A stretch of 64,000 nucleotides of DNA, from assembly GCF_018350175.1 (NCBI RefSeq), contig NC_058368.1, positions 146,198,001 through 146,262,000 of the forward strand. The letters are read 5' to 3'. Of the stretch, positions 13,015 through 26,280 are shown piece after piece. The notes beneath the pieces are model-generated. The model saw only the letters and a list, made by a program, of their open reading frames with translations, made no database searches and had not been told where the DNA came from. Both the position numbers and the translations under genes were made by a program. Origin of the DNA: Felis catus. Lineage: Eukaryota. Each line of letters starts with the position of its first letter. Position 1 is the stretch's first letter.

Positions 13015-13685
13015 ATTAATGTAAATTTTAGATATAGCTAGCACAATTCCAACTCACATTCAGAGGATTTGCTTAAGGGTCTCCTCTAAGTAGCAATAGC
13101 CAAACAGTATAAACTGCTTACAGATTGATTCTAAAACCAGTTTTCCAAATAATTTATTTTATATGGGTTCCTAAACAAAAACTGAGAGAGCAAATACCGT
13201 TTGATTTGGTCGTGTTATGTGTTAGTAAACATCCCATTCAGAATGCCATCATAAAAGAGCGACTAGAGTTTTTGTTTTCTTAAAACTTCACTAGTCAAGA
13301 TATACACAGAAACTTGTGGGAAGGTAATTAATAGAATTCTTAGTTGGTATTTATCATATACGAAGCACTATGGAGCCCATTTTATTTCGCACTTATAATA
13401 ACCTTAAAGTGAACCAAACACATATTTTTCCATGCAACAGATGATGAAATTGAAATCTGCAAACGTAGTATGTTACATAGTTACTTTCATGAAGCCAATA
13501 AGTATTAGAACCTAGAACTTCTGTATCTTAGATCAGAGCTTTTTCTATTATTTCATGTTATTATTTTGCATGATGAAAAACCAAAAACTGAATCAGTAAT
13601 TGGCTGGTACTAGACTGTAACTGCCCTCAATCCTAGAAAAAAATCCACCTAGGTGAAACATTAGCATTAAATATATATATATATT

Positions 13686-13814
13686 GAGGCACCTGGGTGG
13701 CTAAGTCAGTTAAGTGTCTGACCCTTGGTTTTGACTCAGGTAATGATCTCACAGTTAGTGAGATTGAGCCCTGCTTTGGGCTTTGCGCTGCCTGTGAGTA
13801 CTCTATTTGGGATC

Positions 13815-13855
<41 letters not shown>

Positions 13856-13906
13856 TTCTCTCTCAAATAAATCAATAAATAAATAAACTTAAAAAAATAA
13901 ATAAAA
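13686..13906 (+). mobile_element. Can-SINE (older subfamily)
   Basis: GAGGCACCTGGGTGGCTAAGTCAGTTAAG head, long (CT)n, AATAAA-rich tail. Confidence 0.93.
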
Positions 13907-13947
13907 GGGCCTAAAGCCAATTTGTGGTTCTTAAAAAATATATATTA

Positions 13948-14146
13948 GGGCGCCTGGGTGGCTCAGTCATCAAAGCGTCTGACTTCAGCTCATGGTTCAC
14001 AAGTTCAAGCCCCACGTCAGGCTCTGTACTGACAGCTCAGAGCCTGGAGTCTGCTTCAGATTCTGTGTCTCCCTCTGTCTCTTTGCCCCTCCCCCACTAG
14101 CACTCTTTCTTTCTCGTTCTCAAAAATAAATAAACATTTAAAAAAT
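13948..14146 (+). mobile_element. Can-SINE (SINEC_Fc2-like, small internal deletion), followed by (TA)n
   Basis: GGGCGCCTGGGTGGCTCAGTC head, CT stretch, A tail; (TA)n ~14147-14185. Confidence 0.94.
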
Positions 14147-14177
<31 letters not shown>

Positions 14178-14829
14178 GTATATCTATTGCACTTGGAATA
14201 TCTTTGTGGTAAGGAACCCATTAAATCTGGAACTCATTACTTTGATGAGAAATCTTTATTAATGGATTTTTCTAATTGGCTTGGTAAGTATGGTTTCATT
14301 TTCTACATTTTTAATTGTTTTACATGTAAATTTCTCCATAATCTTTCCTTTTCAAGGAATTCTGTGGTCATAAAAATAAGTCCTTTACTCATTTAAATGC
14401 TGAAAGAGAATTAAATTATCTAATACATATGCTACATTAATAAGACTTATTTTCATTTTTTTGATGGAGGATGGAAAGTCATCTTTTAAAATCTGCTCTA
14501 CATCTTACAAATGAGAAAATTGAAATAGAGTGTTTCCTTTTTTAAAATGGGGTTTTCTAAGTTTCACGGTGGAACAGCCCTTTGACTATTCTGTTGAAGT
14601 CAGTTCCAAAGTCTCATTCTAGTACTAGATTATCATGTGTTCCAAAGTGAGCATGAGCCCTGGAACCTTTTTCCTTTTTCTTACTCCTTCCCCAGTTAAT
14701 GGATAATCAATCCTGTCTCTTTATATAGGATTAACAACAACAGTAGCAGCAGCAGTAATAGCAATAGATGTCTCCAGTATAATAATTTAGTATTACCAAG
14801 TGTGAAAAAACAGTAGATGGGATGAGAAA

Positions 14830-15400
14830 GTCACAAAATAATGATAATGCATACTTTTTTACACCTTACAGTATATGTAATTTGGCTTACTCCTCAAAAC
14901 CTATGACATAAGGAGTGAAATTTGTATTCTTTCCATGTTAAAGAAATAGAATAAGGGCTCAGACAAGGTTCCATGGACAGCAAATGGCAGAGTTGTATTA
15001 AGAACCCATGCATCTGTACTCTACTGTGAATTTGCAAAGGGGCACTCTATCAAATTCTCTAATTCAGAAGCTAAATTCAGTTTGAATAGACAGGTGAGAC
15101 AAGTATGGACCAGTTTGAAATTCAAGAGCTCTGAATACCTGTCTCTACCACATCTAGCCTGATTTAGTACTCTCCAATTAGCATGACCTCATAGTTAAGC
15201 ATAGGCTCTAGAGGCATCCAGACCTGGCTTACAGCTCCATTCCTCCACTTACTAGTTTGATGAGCTTCAGCAAGTTAGTTTCTCTAAGCCTCAGTTTGCT
15301 CATTTGTAAAACAACGGTTGTTATGAAACTTACATAAGGTAACAAATGTAAAATTCTTGGCCACAATATATGTGTTGCATAAATCATTGCTACTAGTATT
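14830..15400. mobile_element. Two MIR relics (minus ~14830-15020, plus ~15185-15400)
   Basis: MIR core CTCCACTTACTAGTTTGATGAGCTTCAGCAAGTTAGTTTCTCTAAGCCTCAGTTTGCTCATTTGTAAAA. Confidence 0.65.
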
Positions 15401-16036
15401 TTACCTTATCCTGATTTCTCTTCTCCCAGTAATGCTCAGCAAGTGATAATATGTATATCGAAGTTTCTTGGAGGAAAGAAAATGAAAACCAATATATAGG
15501 TTTCATTACACACAAAATGTTGAACATATATGGAAACCTTTCCTCTGGGCACTTGCATTCTACCCCTTCGACACCTTGGAATTATTGTAGGGTCGTTGAA
15601 TCTAGACATACATGAAGCATTTCTTTGAACTGGATAAACAATATGTCTTATATAGCTATATGACTCCATCTTTTTAATCTCTAGGTTTTTGATCTCATAA
15701 TAAAATTTAAAATTTACTAAAATTATTTATTGAATTCTATTATAAATTTTCTTGATCAACACATGGTTATGACTATCCTTATAGATGAAGTAGGAAAGCA
15801 TTGCTTTGTGAAAATATTTGACATTATTCAAAAGGGATAGGAATCAATGTTACTTTCAAACCTCGATCAACCTGAATTTGTACATATCTCTAAAATCAGG
15901 TGGCCCAATTTGATATGGATTCTTAGAGGCTAGAGGATTCCTTTTCATTTTTGGGTTGGATCCATTTCCTACAACTAAATATATACCAACAACTAAATCA
16001 AGATAATGTTTATTTAAATAATTGTCATTAACAATT

Positions 16037-16256
16037 TTAAAGTGTATTTGAGAGAGAAGGAGAGAGAGAGAGAGACAGAATGTGTACACATGATCAGGGA
16101 AGGGGCAGAGAGATGGGAGAGAGAAAATCCCAAGCAGGCTGTGCACTCTCAGTGCAGAGCCCAGCACGAGACTTGATCTCATGCACTGTGAGATAATGAC
16201 CTGAGCCAAAATGAAGAGTCCGACACTTAACCGACTGAGCCACCCAGGCAACCCCC
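16037..16256 (-). mobile_element. Can-SINE
   Basis: Reverse SINE; TSD TCATTAACAATT at 16025-16036 and 16258-16269. Confidence 0.95.
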
Positions 16257-16479
16257 ATCATTAACAATTAATGCTCTGTTTTTCCCTTGTCTCCTTTTAA
16301 TTTTGTTATCATCCAAAATTGTAGGATTGAAATGCAGTAGTAGCAAATGCATGTAAGAAACTCATTTGTAATTCCAAGGGATTCATTCAAAGACACCCTA
16401 AAGTCTTTATATTAGGTGGTGATGACTTCAGCAACATTCTTATATGCATAAATTCAGAATATTTCTGTATCATTTTAGC

Positions 16480-16970
16480 ATGCTCTCAGTAACAACGAAT
16501 AGAAAACTCAAAATGGATGAAACATTAAGGAAATTATTGATTTGCATAGCTGGAAGTTCAAAGGTAAAGTAAATTTCATAGGAGGCAGTATCCAATGGTT
16601 CTGGTCGAATTCCCCTACAGTTCTCTCAGCTCTGTCCAGCTCAGGGTATGGTCCTTGAGATGGATCAGGATGGCTTCAGAAGATACAAACCCTGCAAAAA
16701 CAAATGACCATATACATGAGAATAAAAAGTAGCTTTCAGAACTTTCTCATAAAAGAGAGAAAACTTCCCGAATTCCCTAGCAAGCTCCCCATTAGGTGTC
16801 TTTGGTTAAAACTGGGTTGCATGCCCACTTGTGTAGCAATGCTTGAGACAGTAGAGTTGTGGAATTGTGGCCACCCAAGGTCAGTTTTACCTGTGGTACT
16901 TGGCTGCATAGTAAAAGGGTGATGAATAAAACAAAACTGGGATTCTCTTGGGGAGGAAAAGTGGAGAACA
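16480..16970 (-). mobile_element. Ancient ERVL/MaLR-type LTR remnant
   Basis: Motifs such as TTGGTTAAAACTGGGTTGCATGCCCAC and AACAAAACTGGGATTCTCTT typical of old LTRs; subfamily uncertain. Confidence 0.45.
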
Positions 16971-18049
16971 CATACTTCTGTGTAGGGAACCATCAGTGTT
17001 CTTTGCCTCTTCCAATGTCTACCCATTCATTTTTCTAAGATGTATTAACTGAATTTTAAGATCCTAAAGCACAAATAAATACTCCTGATATACCCTTGGA
17101 AGAAAAGTATGAATGTTTTAAGTATTAAATAAATTGGCTTCAGCTACGAAATTCTTACACTGTTGGCAAGCATCCATGTCACATGGCATGGACAAGATTA
17201 AACTTTAAGTTTAATGGCTGGGATAAGTCCAAGTGTAGGAAAACAGGCCTGTGCAAATATGTTTCATGCACATATAATGGTGCATATTTCCTCTTAAAAA
17301 TAGGAACCAGAAGATTTCATGCAAACTAATATTAAACAAGAAAAATGAGGTTTCCCATGGAAAGCACTCAGCTTTAGGATAGGCGTGCAGGAGTGGCATG
17401 GTATTAAGATTTCTATAATGCCAGTTTTACTATGATCTATGGATTGATTTCAGCCAGTGATCGGTCCAGAACCCAGTAACAAAAAGAACTCTACTGGAAA
17501 TGAGATTTTACTTACAAGTAGATTTATATACAACTGGTAATATTCACCACAATTTTTAAAAAATTAAAAATTAGAATTTTCAGAGCTGTCATGGCTCCAA
17601 GAGCAAAATAGAGCCTTTCTGGAAATGCTATTTTGGACCTTGATGACTGCATCAAAGCAGGAAATATTCTTTTTATTTAGGATTTCTTTTTGTTCACTGC
17701 CCTATAGTTGTTCTTGATGTGCTTTCAAATCTTTATCCCAAAGAAGGAATTGGATTTTTCTCTAAAACTAATGTTAGTTTGAAAAATGACTATTTATATT
17801 AATTGATTCTGTAAATATTATAGAACAGGTACTATATACTCAGAAAGAATTATAATGGGTAATTCCTGTCCTAAAGAATTTAAAATCTAGTTGAGGGCAT
17901 CAATCCAAAAAATATATAGAAACAATTAGTAAATAATAAAAAAATAGCATTTGATTAACCACTAAATTTTGTCTCAGGGCATGTTGATGTAAAAAGACCA
18001 GAGGAGGAAAATCATGCATTTCAGAGAAATTACAGAATCTTTACCATCA

Positions 18050-18270
18050 CATTAACAGCTGTTGAACACTCCCCATATACCCAATATATTTAATAATATA
18101 TCATTTAATCTCACAAAAACATTATAAATTACAATCATTAGCATCGATATTATACAAAGAAATCGAGGCTTTGAGAGATTAATTTGCCCAAAGTGGAAAG
18201 TTAGTGAAAACCAGAATTAGGCATTGAGCTCATATAGTTAAATCCTACAGTGTTACTGCTGTATTGTGCC
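18050..18270 (-). mobile_element. MIR relic
   Basis: AAAGAAATCGAGGCTTTGAGAGATTAATTTGCCCAAAG reverse MIR core. Confidence 0.6.
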
Positions 18271-19499
18271 TTCCTGGGATAAAACAAACTTGAGGAGCAC
18301 TTTGCAGATTTAGCAGTCCTTAATCAAGGAGGACAGAGAAGGGTATTTTAGGCAGGGACACCAGAATGAGTGAAAGCATAGTTGCCAGAGTGTCCATAGT
18401 ATATCCTGGACCCTTAAAGAAACTGCCCAGATTGAGTCCAAAGTTTGGACAAGGTCAAAGTTGAGGAAAAGATCGCACCAATCCAGTGGAGTTGAACTAT
18501 AGAGGTTAATAAAGCCATTGAGGAGTTTTGCAAAACAATTGCTCTCTAGAAGGTAACTTCAAAATCATCTCCTCTCTTTCTCATCCTCAACTGTAATCTT
18601 CAAACTCCAGAGGACTTGAAGTGAATCACTGGAGACCACCCAACATCTTTTCAGACACTTAGATTAAACACGAAAGTGAAGAAGTGTTCTTAATAGCTGA
18701 AAGGTTAATACTTTTCAAATCCTGGGTCAGACTACCCCAGGGAGAAAGGGAGAGACATTCTGGTGACCTGGAAATCCTGAAGCCCCAGGTGACCTCCCAG
18801 GGCTGCTCTTGCACATTCCACACATTTTGCAGTCTAGCATTGCCACGACAGCTTGAAAGAGAATGCAGACACACACCGTGTCAGAGCTAAAATTCTCCTC
18901 CTACTGGGAATGAAAGTAGCTCCAAAATTGAAGTAGTTCCTTCATGCGCGTTTATAAATATGTGGGTAATCTCTGGGAGAAAACATAAAAGCTGGTCATT
19001 GTGATTGACTCTGAGAAAGATACCTCGGTGTTCAGAGGACTTTCAAAGAGAGGAGACTTACTTTCCATGACCAATCCTTTGTCCTTTTTCAATTTAGAAG
19101 GCTATACATGTTTTGTTTAGGTACTCACAAATATGTGTATTGCAAATGACTTCACTTTCTACTGGCCTTTTTGCCTGTTTCATGATGCATTCAGAGCATA
19201 ATTGCCAGTTAATTTTCCCCAAAGCATGGTTCCCCCCTCACATCCCACCTCTAGTCTAAAACCTTTAGAGGTTGCCCATCATTAATAATAGCTAATTTAC
19301 AAGGCTTGTAAGAAATGACTTACTGATATAGTTTATATTTCACACACATTTTGAAATAGGTTACACCTTATATGACAAGTAGTAAAATGGCATGTAGTGA
19401 ATTTAAAAGGTTTGTTCAGGGCCACACCGCCAGCTGGCATTACTGCTGGGACTTCAGCATGGAATACCTGCCCCTTTCTGTGATATTCTGCTGCCTCTC

Positions 19500-19990
19500 A
19501 CACATTGCTTATTGAATTAAATCAGACTCTTTAGCCTGCCTTTGATCTATTACCTTCCTTAGAAGTTTTCTCATACAAATCCCCAACACTTATCCTTTGT
19601 TCCTAAACTACCTGAAAGCTAGGTTTTGAAATATCTCTCCCCTTCCTATCACTGTACCTCTCCCGTGTCCTCTCTTACCCGTGAGTATGTCTCCCCACTT
19701 CATTCATCACTTAAGAAAATCTTCCATGTCAAACCACGAATGGTCCTCTTTAATGCAACTCCCTCTGATTCTTCCATTGTTCCAACGTTTCCCTTCCCAG
19801 TACTATATTTGTACCACTCATAAAAGTGCGTGTTAATCTTAAATTATAGTTGAATTGTTTTCTCTTAACCTAGTGCAAAGGTGTCAACTCTGGGAACAAA
19901 GATCGTAGCTATCTATGTTCATATTTTCCAAATATCTAGCAAACTATGTGTCTTTTATCAAGGGCTCAAAAATATTTATTTAATTCTATT
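19500..19990 (+). mobile_element. LINE-2 3' relic
   Basis: Pyrimidine-rich L2-type text ending GGGCTCAAAAATATTTATTT. Confidence 0.5.
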
Positions 19991-20125
19991 TGAGAATTGA
20001 TTTTCTGGGACACCAAAGGTGTACTATAAGATGAAGTGAATTTTGGAGAGATCCCAGAAACTCATTTTACAACTGAGATCACAAACTCGTATTTTGTGTC
20101 ACTCTCTAAAATACATGTGTATTTT

Positions 20126-20326
20126 AAAAAAAAAAAATTTATTTATTTTTGAGACAGAGCATGAGAAGGGGAGGGGACAGAGAGAGAGGGGAGACACAGA
20201 ATCCAAAGCAGGCTCCAGGCTCTGAGCTGTCGGCACAGAGCCCGACGTGGGGCTCAAACCCACAGATTGTGAGATCATGACCTGAGTCGAAGTCGGACGC
20301 TCAACCAACTGAGCCACCCAGGCATC
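20126..20326 (-). mobile_element. Can-SINE (SINEC_Fc2-like)
   Basis: Reverse SINE; duplicated flank TCTCTAAAATACATGTGTATTTT at 20103-20125 and 20325-20347. Confidence 0.96.
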
Positions 20327-20425
20327 TCTAAAATACATGTGTATTTTGTTAGCACAATGTTTGTTTCTTTTCATGATTTAGTTTTTAATTTGAATTATTT
20401 TCCAGCATTTAAAATCAGGAGATTT

Positions 20426-20635
20426 GGGGGACCTGAGTGGTTCAGTCAGCTAAGGTCCGACTTCAGCTCAGGTCATAATCTCTTGGTCCATGGGTTCAAG
20501 CCCCGCGACAGGCTCTGTGTTGACAGCTCAGAGCCTGGAGCCTGCTTCAGATCCTGTGTCTCCTCTCTCTCTCCCCTTCCCCCGTTCACACTCTGTCGCT
20601 CTCTCTCTCTCAAAAATAAATAAACATAAAAAAAT
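20426..20635 (+). mobile_element. Can-SINE (SINEC_Fc2-like) inserted in a MER102-like hAT fossil (~20350-20870)
   Basis: SINE head, CT stretch and tail; degenerate TSD TTTAAA(A)TCAG..GATTT; flanks read ATCAGGAGATTT...AAAAATCTGGATT...ATCTAGCAACATTG (MER102-like). Confidence 0.9.
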
Positions 20636-22334
20636 TTAAATCAGATGATTTCATGTAAAAATCTGGATTCATAGGTTTTCTTACAAATGGGAAAATCTAG
20701 CAACATTGAGTCTGCCCTACCACGTGGCAAAGTTGGCTGGAGTTGGTAATACCTGTCCGTTTTTAATGAGGCACAGGCTGCCCACCATTCACTGCTGTCC
20801 TATACCTGGCTGGCTATACTGATTTGTAGTATCTGTTAGATGCTATACATTTACACTTGCAATTCCTACTAGAAATGATGATCCTTTTTCTTTCAGAAAA
20901 AGAAATCCCCAAGATTCATCTTCTGTTCCCAGAGCTTTATGCCCAGTTTAACAATGGCCTGGTGAAAGCAATTTTCTCAATCATCTTTGAAAGAGTAACT
21001 CACCCTCTTCATGCAGAAAATCTTAAGCGGAAGTGAAGCCACTTGTTACATTCAGGAATGTTAATGGAAATACAGGGAAATTCTATACACAGAAAGAAAA
21101 CTGTCATTTGAACCACAGGATTTCACATTCAGACCCTGCCAGTGAAGCTACCTACTGGTGTCCCACAAGGCGGGGGGGGGGGGCGCTGGGGATAAAATGC
21201 AGGATGCAGGGAAGGTGACAGACTCAGGGCCGGAATGGATCTAAACAAGGACAATGCAATCTAGTGCTTTAATTACTTCTATGACATTCCTACCAAGTTG
21301 ATTTCTAAAATCTTCAGCTCTCCAATGAGGGCAAGCCCATTTTAATTCTCACAGTTTGTGCTGCACAAGCATTGTCTCTCATGTGTAAGGAAAGATGACC
21401 TGAAAGTTACTATAACTTTCCCCCACTGGTCCTTCATTTCCCCTCTGGAATAACAAGAATCACAGGAGAAAGCCTTTATTAAAGGACTATGACCTTGTTA
21501 CTTCAAAGTCTTCTATTCTTCAGGTGAAATACCTAAGGTTTCTGGTTAGTAACGCCCTCACAATTGCTAGTTAATTCTTCTCTGGTTTGTTACATTCCAT
21601 CAAGATTTTTGGCAACCCAAACTAGACATAGCTTTACAGGTATTGTCTGGTCCAACAAAACATAGCAGAACTGTATTGAATCATATCATTACTATAACTT
21701 TATTTATGCAGCCTCAAAATTTAATTAGTTGTTTTGTCAGCTTCAAATCTCTGTTGACTCACATTGTGATTGCAGTCAACTGGAACGCCCAAGTTTTCTT
21801 AAAGCTCATCTTCACCATCATGTGCTTCCACAGTTGGATTTTTGGGCTTCTGACTTATGCCCGTTAAATCTCAGCATGTTTATATTGGCCCATTGTTTCA
21901 ACCGTCAAAGTCTTTTGGGATTTTATTTGGGAATTCTCCCTTCTTGATTTCTGTCTCTGTGAATTTGATGTGTATGTAGTTAAATCTTTCCTCCAGGCCG
22001 CTAGAAAACATGCAGAACGGGAAAAGACCTGATTTAAGTCCTCCCTCTTGGTTTCCAGAGTAAAGCTCGTCCCTGAATATTTTGTTTGTTTGTTTTTAAA
22101 TTTACATCCAAATTAGTTAGCATATAGGGCAACAATGATTTCAGGAGTAGATTCCTTAGTGCTCCTTACCCATTTAGCCCATCCCCCCTCTCACACCCCC
22201 TCTAGTAACCTTCTGTTCATTCTCCATATTTATGAGTCTCTTGTGTTTTGTCCCCTTCCTGTTTTTATATTATTTTTGTTTCCCTTCCCTTATGTTCATC
22301 TGTTTTGTCTCTTAAAGTCCTCATATGAGTGAAG

Positions 22335-25300
22335 TCATATGATTTTTGTCTTTCTCTGACTAATTTCACTTAGCATAATACCCTCCAGTTCTATCCATGT
22401 TGGTGCAAATGGCAAGATTTCATTCTTTTTGATCACTGAGTAATACTCCATTATATATATATACCAAATCTTCTTTATCCATTCATCCATCGATGGACAT
22501 TTGGGCTCTTTCCATACTTTGGCTATTGATGATAGTGCTGCTATAAACATGGGGGTGCATGTGTCCCTTCGAAACAGCACACCTGTATCCCTTGGATAAA
22601 TGCCTAGTAGTACAATTGCTGGGTCGTAGGGTAGTTCTATTTTTAGTTTTTTGAGGAACCTTTGTACTGTTTTCCAGAGTGGCTGCACCAGCTTGCATTG
22701 CCACCAACAATGCAAAAGAGATCCTCTTTCTCAGCATCCTCGCCAACATCTGCTGTTGCCTGAGTTGTTAATGTTACCCATTCTGACAGGTGTAAGGTGG
22801 TATCTCATTGCAGTTTTGATTTGTATTTTCCTGATGATGACTGATGTGGAGCATTGTTTCATGTGTCAGTTGGCCATCTGGATGTCTTCTTTGGAGAAGT
22901 ATCTATTCATGTCTTTTGCCCATTTCTTCACTGAATTATTTATTTCTTGGATGTTGAGTTTGATAAGTTCCTTACAGATTTTGGATACTAACCCTTTATT
23001 TGATGTGTCATTTGAAAATATCTTCTCCCATTCTGTCAGTTGCTTTTTAGTTTTGCTGATTGTTTCCTTCACTATGCAGAAGCTTTTTCTTTTGATGAGG
23101 TCCCAGTAGTTCATTTTTGCTTTTGTTTCCCTTGCCTCCAGAGACATGTTGAGTAAGAAGTTCCTGCAGCCAAGATCAAAGAGGTTTTTGCCTGCTTTCT
23201 CCTTGAGGATTTTGATGGCTTCTTGTCTTACATTGAGGTCTTTCATCCATTTTGAGTTTATTTTTGTGTATGGTGTAAGAAAGTGGTCCAAGTTCATTCT
23301 TCTGCATGTCTCTGTCCTGATTTCCCTCTTCTTGCTGAAGAGACTGTCTTTATTCCATTGGCTATTCTTTCCAGCTTTGTCAAAGATTAGTTGGCCATAT
23401 GTTTGTGGGTCCATTTCTGGGTTCTCTATTCTGTTCCATGGATCTGAGTGTCTGTTCTTGTGCCAGTACCATACTGTCTTGATGATTACAGCTTTGTTGT
23501 ATAGCTTGAAGTCCAGGATTGTGATGCCTCCTGCTTTGGTTTTCTTTTTCAAGATTGCTTTGGCTATTCGGGGTCTTTTCTGATTCCATACAAATTTTAA
23601 GATTATTTGTTCTAGCTCTGTGGAGAATGCTGGTGTTATTTTTATAGGGATTGCATTGAATATGTAGTTTGCTTTGGGTAGTATCGACATTTTAACAATA
23701 ATTGTTCTTCCTATCCAGGAGCATGGAATCTTTTTCCGTTTTGTGTGTGTGTGTGTGTCTGCTTCAATTTTTTTCACTAGCTTTCTTTAGTTTTCAGTGT
23801 TAGATTTTTCACCACTTTCATTATGTTTATTCCTAGGTATTTTATGGTTTTTGGTGCAATTGTTAATGGGATCGATTCTTTGATTTTTCTTTCTATTGCT
23901 CATTGTTGGTGTATAGGAGTGCAACCGATTTCTGTGCATTGATTTTATATCCTGAAACTTTGCTGAATTCAGGAATCAGTTCTAGCAGTTTTTTGGTGGG
24001 ATCTTTTGGGTTTTCCATATAGAGTATCATGTCATCTGCGAAGAGTGAAAGTTTGACCTCCTCCTGGCCGATTTGGATGCCTTTTATTTCTTTGTGTTGT
24101 CTGATTGCAGAGGCTAAGACTTCCAATACTATGTTGAATAACAGTGGCGAGAGTGGACATCCCTGTCTTGTTCCTGACCTTAGGGGGAAAGCTGTCAGTT
24201 TTTCCCCATTGAGGATGACACTAGCATTGGGTCGTTCATATAAGGCTTCTATGATCTGGAGGTATGCTCCTTCTATCCCTACTTTCTTGAGGGTTTTTAT
24301 CAAGAAAGGATGCTGTATTTTGTTGAATGCTTTCTCTGCATCAATTGAGAGGATAATATGGTTCTTGTCCTTTCTTTTATTGATGTGAGGAATCACATTA
24401 ATTGTTTTGCGGCTATTGAACCAGCCCTGCATCCCAGGTATAAATCCCGCTTGGTAATGGTGAATAATTTTTTTAATGTATTGTTGGATCCGGTTGGCTA
24501 ATATCTTGTTGAGGATTTTTGCATCCATGTTCATCAGGGAAATTGGTCTATAGTTCTCCTTTTTAGTGGGGTCTCTGTCTAGTTTTGGGATCAAGGTAAT
24601 GCTGGCTTCATAGAATGAGTTTGAAGTTTTTCTTCCATTTCTATTTTTTGGAACAGCTTCAAGAGAATGGGTGTTAACTCTTCCTTAAATGTTTGGTAGA
24701 ATTCTCCTGGAAAGCCATCTGACCCTGGACTCTTGTTTTTTGGCAGACTTTTAAGTACTAATTTGATTTTCTTACTGGTTTTGAGTCCATTCAAATTTTC
24801 TATTTCTTCCTGTTTCCGTTTTGGTAGTGTATACGTTTCTAGGAATTTGTCCATTTCTTCCAGATTTCCCATTTTATTGGCATATAATTGCTCATAATAT
24901 TCTCTTATTATTGTTTTTATTTCTGCTGTATTTCTTGTGATCTCTCCTCTTTCATTCTTGACTTTATTTAGTTGGGTCCTTTCCTTTTTCTTTTTGATCA
25001 AACTGGCTAGTGGTTTATCAGTTTTGTTCATTCTTTCAAAGAACCAGATTCTGGTTTCATTGATCTGTTCTACTGTTTTTTTGGTTTTGGTAGCATTAAT
25101 TTCTGCTCTAATCTTTATTATTTCCTGCCTTCTGCTGGTTTGGGGTTTTATTTGCTGTTCTTTTTCCATCTTGTTAAGGCATTAGGTTAGGTTGTGTATC
25201 TGAGATCTTTCTTCTTCTTCTTTAGGAAGGCCTGGGTTACTTTAAACTTTCCTCTTATGACTGCCTTTGCTGTGTCCCAGAGGTTTTGGGTTGTGGTGTT

Positions 25301-26134
25301 ATCATTTTAATTGACTCCCATATACTATTAATTTCTTCCTTAACTTCTTGGATAGCCCATTCATTTTTTAGTAGGATGTTCTTCAGTCTCCAAGTTTTTG
25401 TTACCTTTCCAAGTTTTTTCTTGTGGTTTATTTCAAGTTTCATAGCATTGTGATCTGAAAATATGCATGGTATGATCTCGATATTTTTGTACTTGCTGAG
25501 GGCTTATTTGTGTCCCAGTATGTGCTCTATTCTGGAGAATGTTCCATGTGCACTGGAGAAGAATGCATATTCCGCTGCTTTAGGATGAAATGTTCTAAAC
25601 ATATATGTTAAGTCCATCTGGTCCAGTGTGTCATTCAAAGCCATTGTTTCCTTGTTGATTTTTGATTAAATGATCTGTCCATTGCAGTGAGTAGGGTGTT
25701 GAAGTCTCCTACTCTTATGGTATTAGTATCAATGAGTTTTTTTATGTTTGTGATTCATTGATTTATATATTTGGGTGCTACCACGTTTGGTGCATAAATG
25801 TTTACAATTGTTAGGTTGTCTTGGTGGATAGACCCCTTGATTATGATATAATGACCTTCTGCATCTCTTGATACAGTCTTTATTTTAGTCTAGATTATCT
25901 GACATAAGTATGGCTATGCCGGCTTTCTTTTGTTGTCCGTTAGCATGATAGATGGTTCTCCATCCCCTTACTTTCAATCTGAAGGTGTCTTTAGGTCTAA
26001 AGTGGGTCTCTTGTAAACAGCATATAGATGGATCTTGTTTTTCTTATCCATTCTGTTACCCTATGTCTTTAAATTGGAGCATTGAGTCCTTTGACTTTTA
26101 GAGTAAGTACTGAAAGATATGAATTTATTGCCAT
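22335..26134 (-). pseudogene. L1 ORF2 (endonuclease/reverse transcriptase), frameshifted with stops
   Basis: ATG at 26134 (MAINSYLSVLTL...); endonuclease motifs CCLQETH, GDFNT, SDHN; RT motifs QGCPLSP and FADDM in ORF 23893-24594; C-terminal HCWWQC; broken into at least 5 ORF fragments. Confidence 0.95.
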
Positions 26135-26202
26135 TATGTTGCTTGTAGAGTTGGAGTTTCTGGTGGTGTTCTCTGTTCCTTTTTAGTCTTTGTTGCTTTT
26201 TG

Positions 26203-26255
26203 TGTTTGTTTGTTTGTTTGTTTGTTTATGTATGTATGTATGTATGTATGTATTC
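26203..26255. repeat. (GTTT)n(GTAT)n microsatellite in L1 inter-ORF spacer
   Basis: Directly visible. Confidence 0.9.
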
Positions 26256-26280
26256 ATTTATATTTTCATCTTTCTTCCCC

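Noticed and set aside
23743..23758. (TG)n producing THTHT in the ORF2 fragment
   Set aside because: Ordinary microsatellite expansion in a dead L1.
22651..25185. Plus-strand ORFs of 82-152 aa inside the large L1
   Set aside because: Antisense shadows of L1 ORF2 that are commonly mispredicted as genes.
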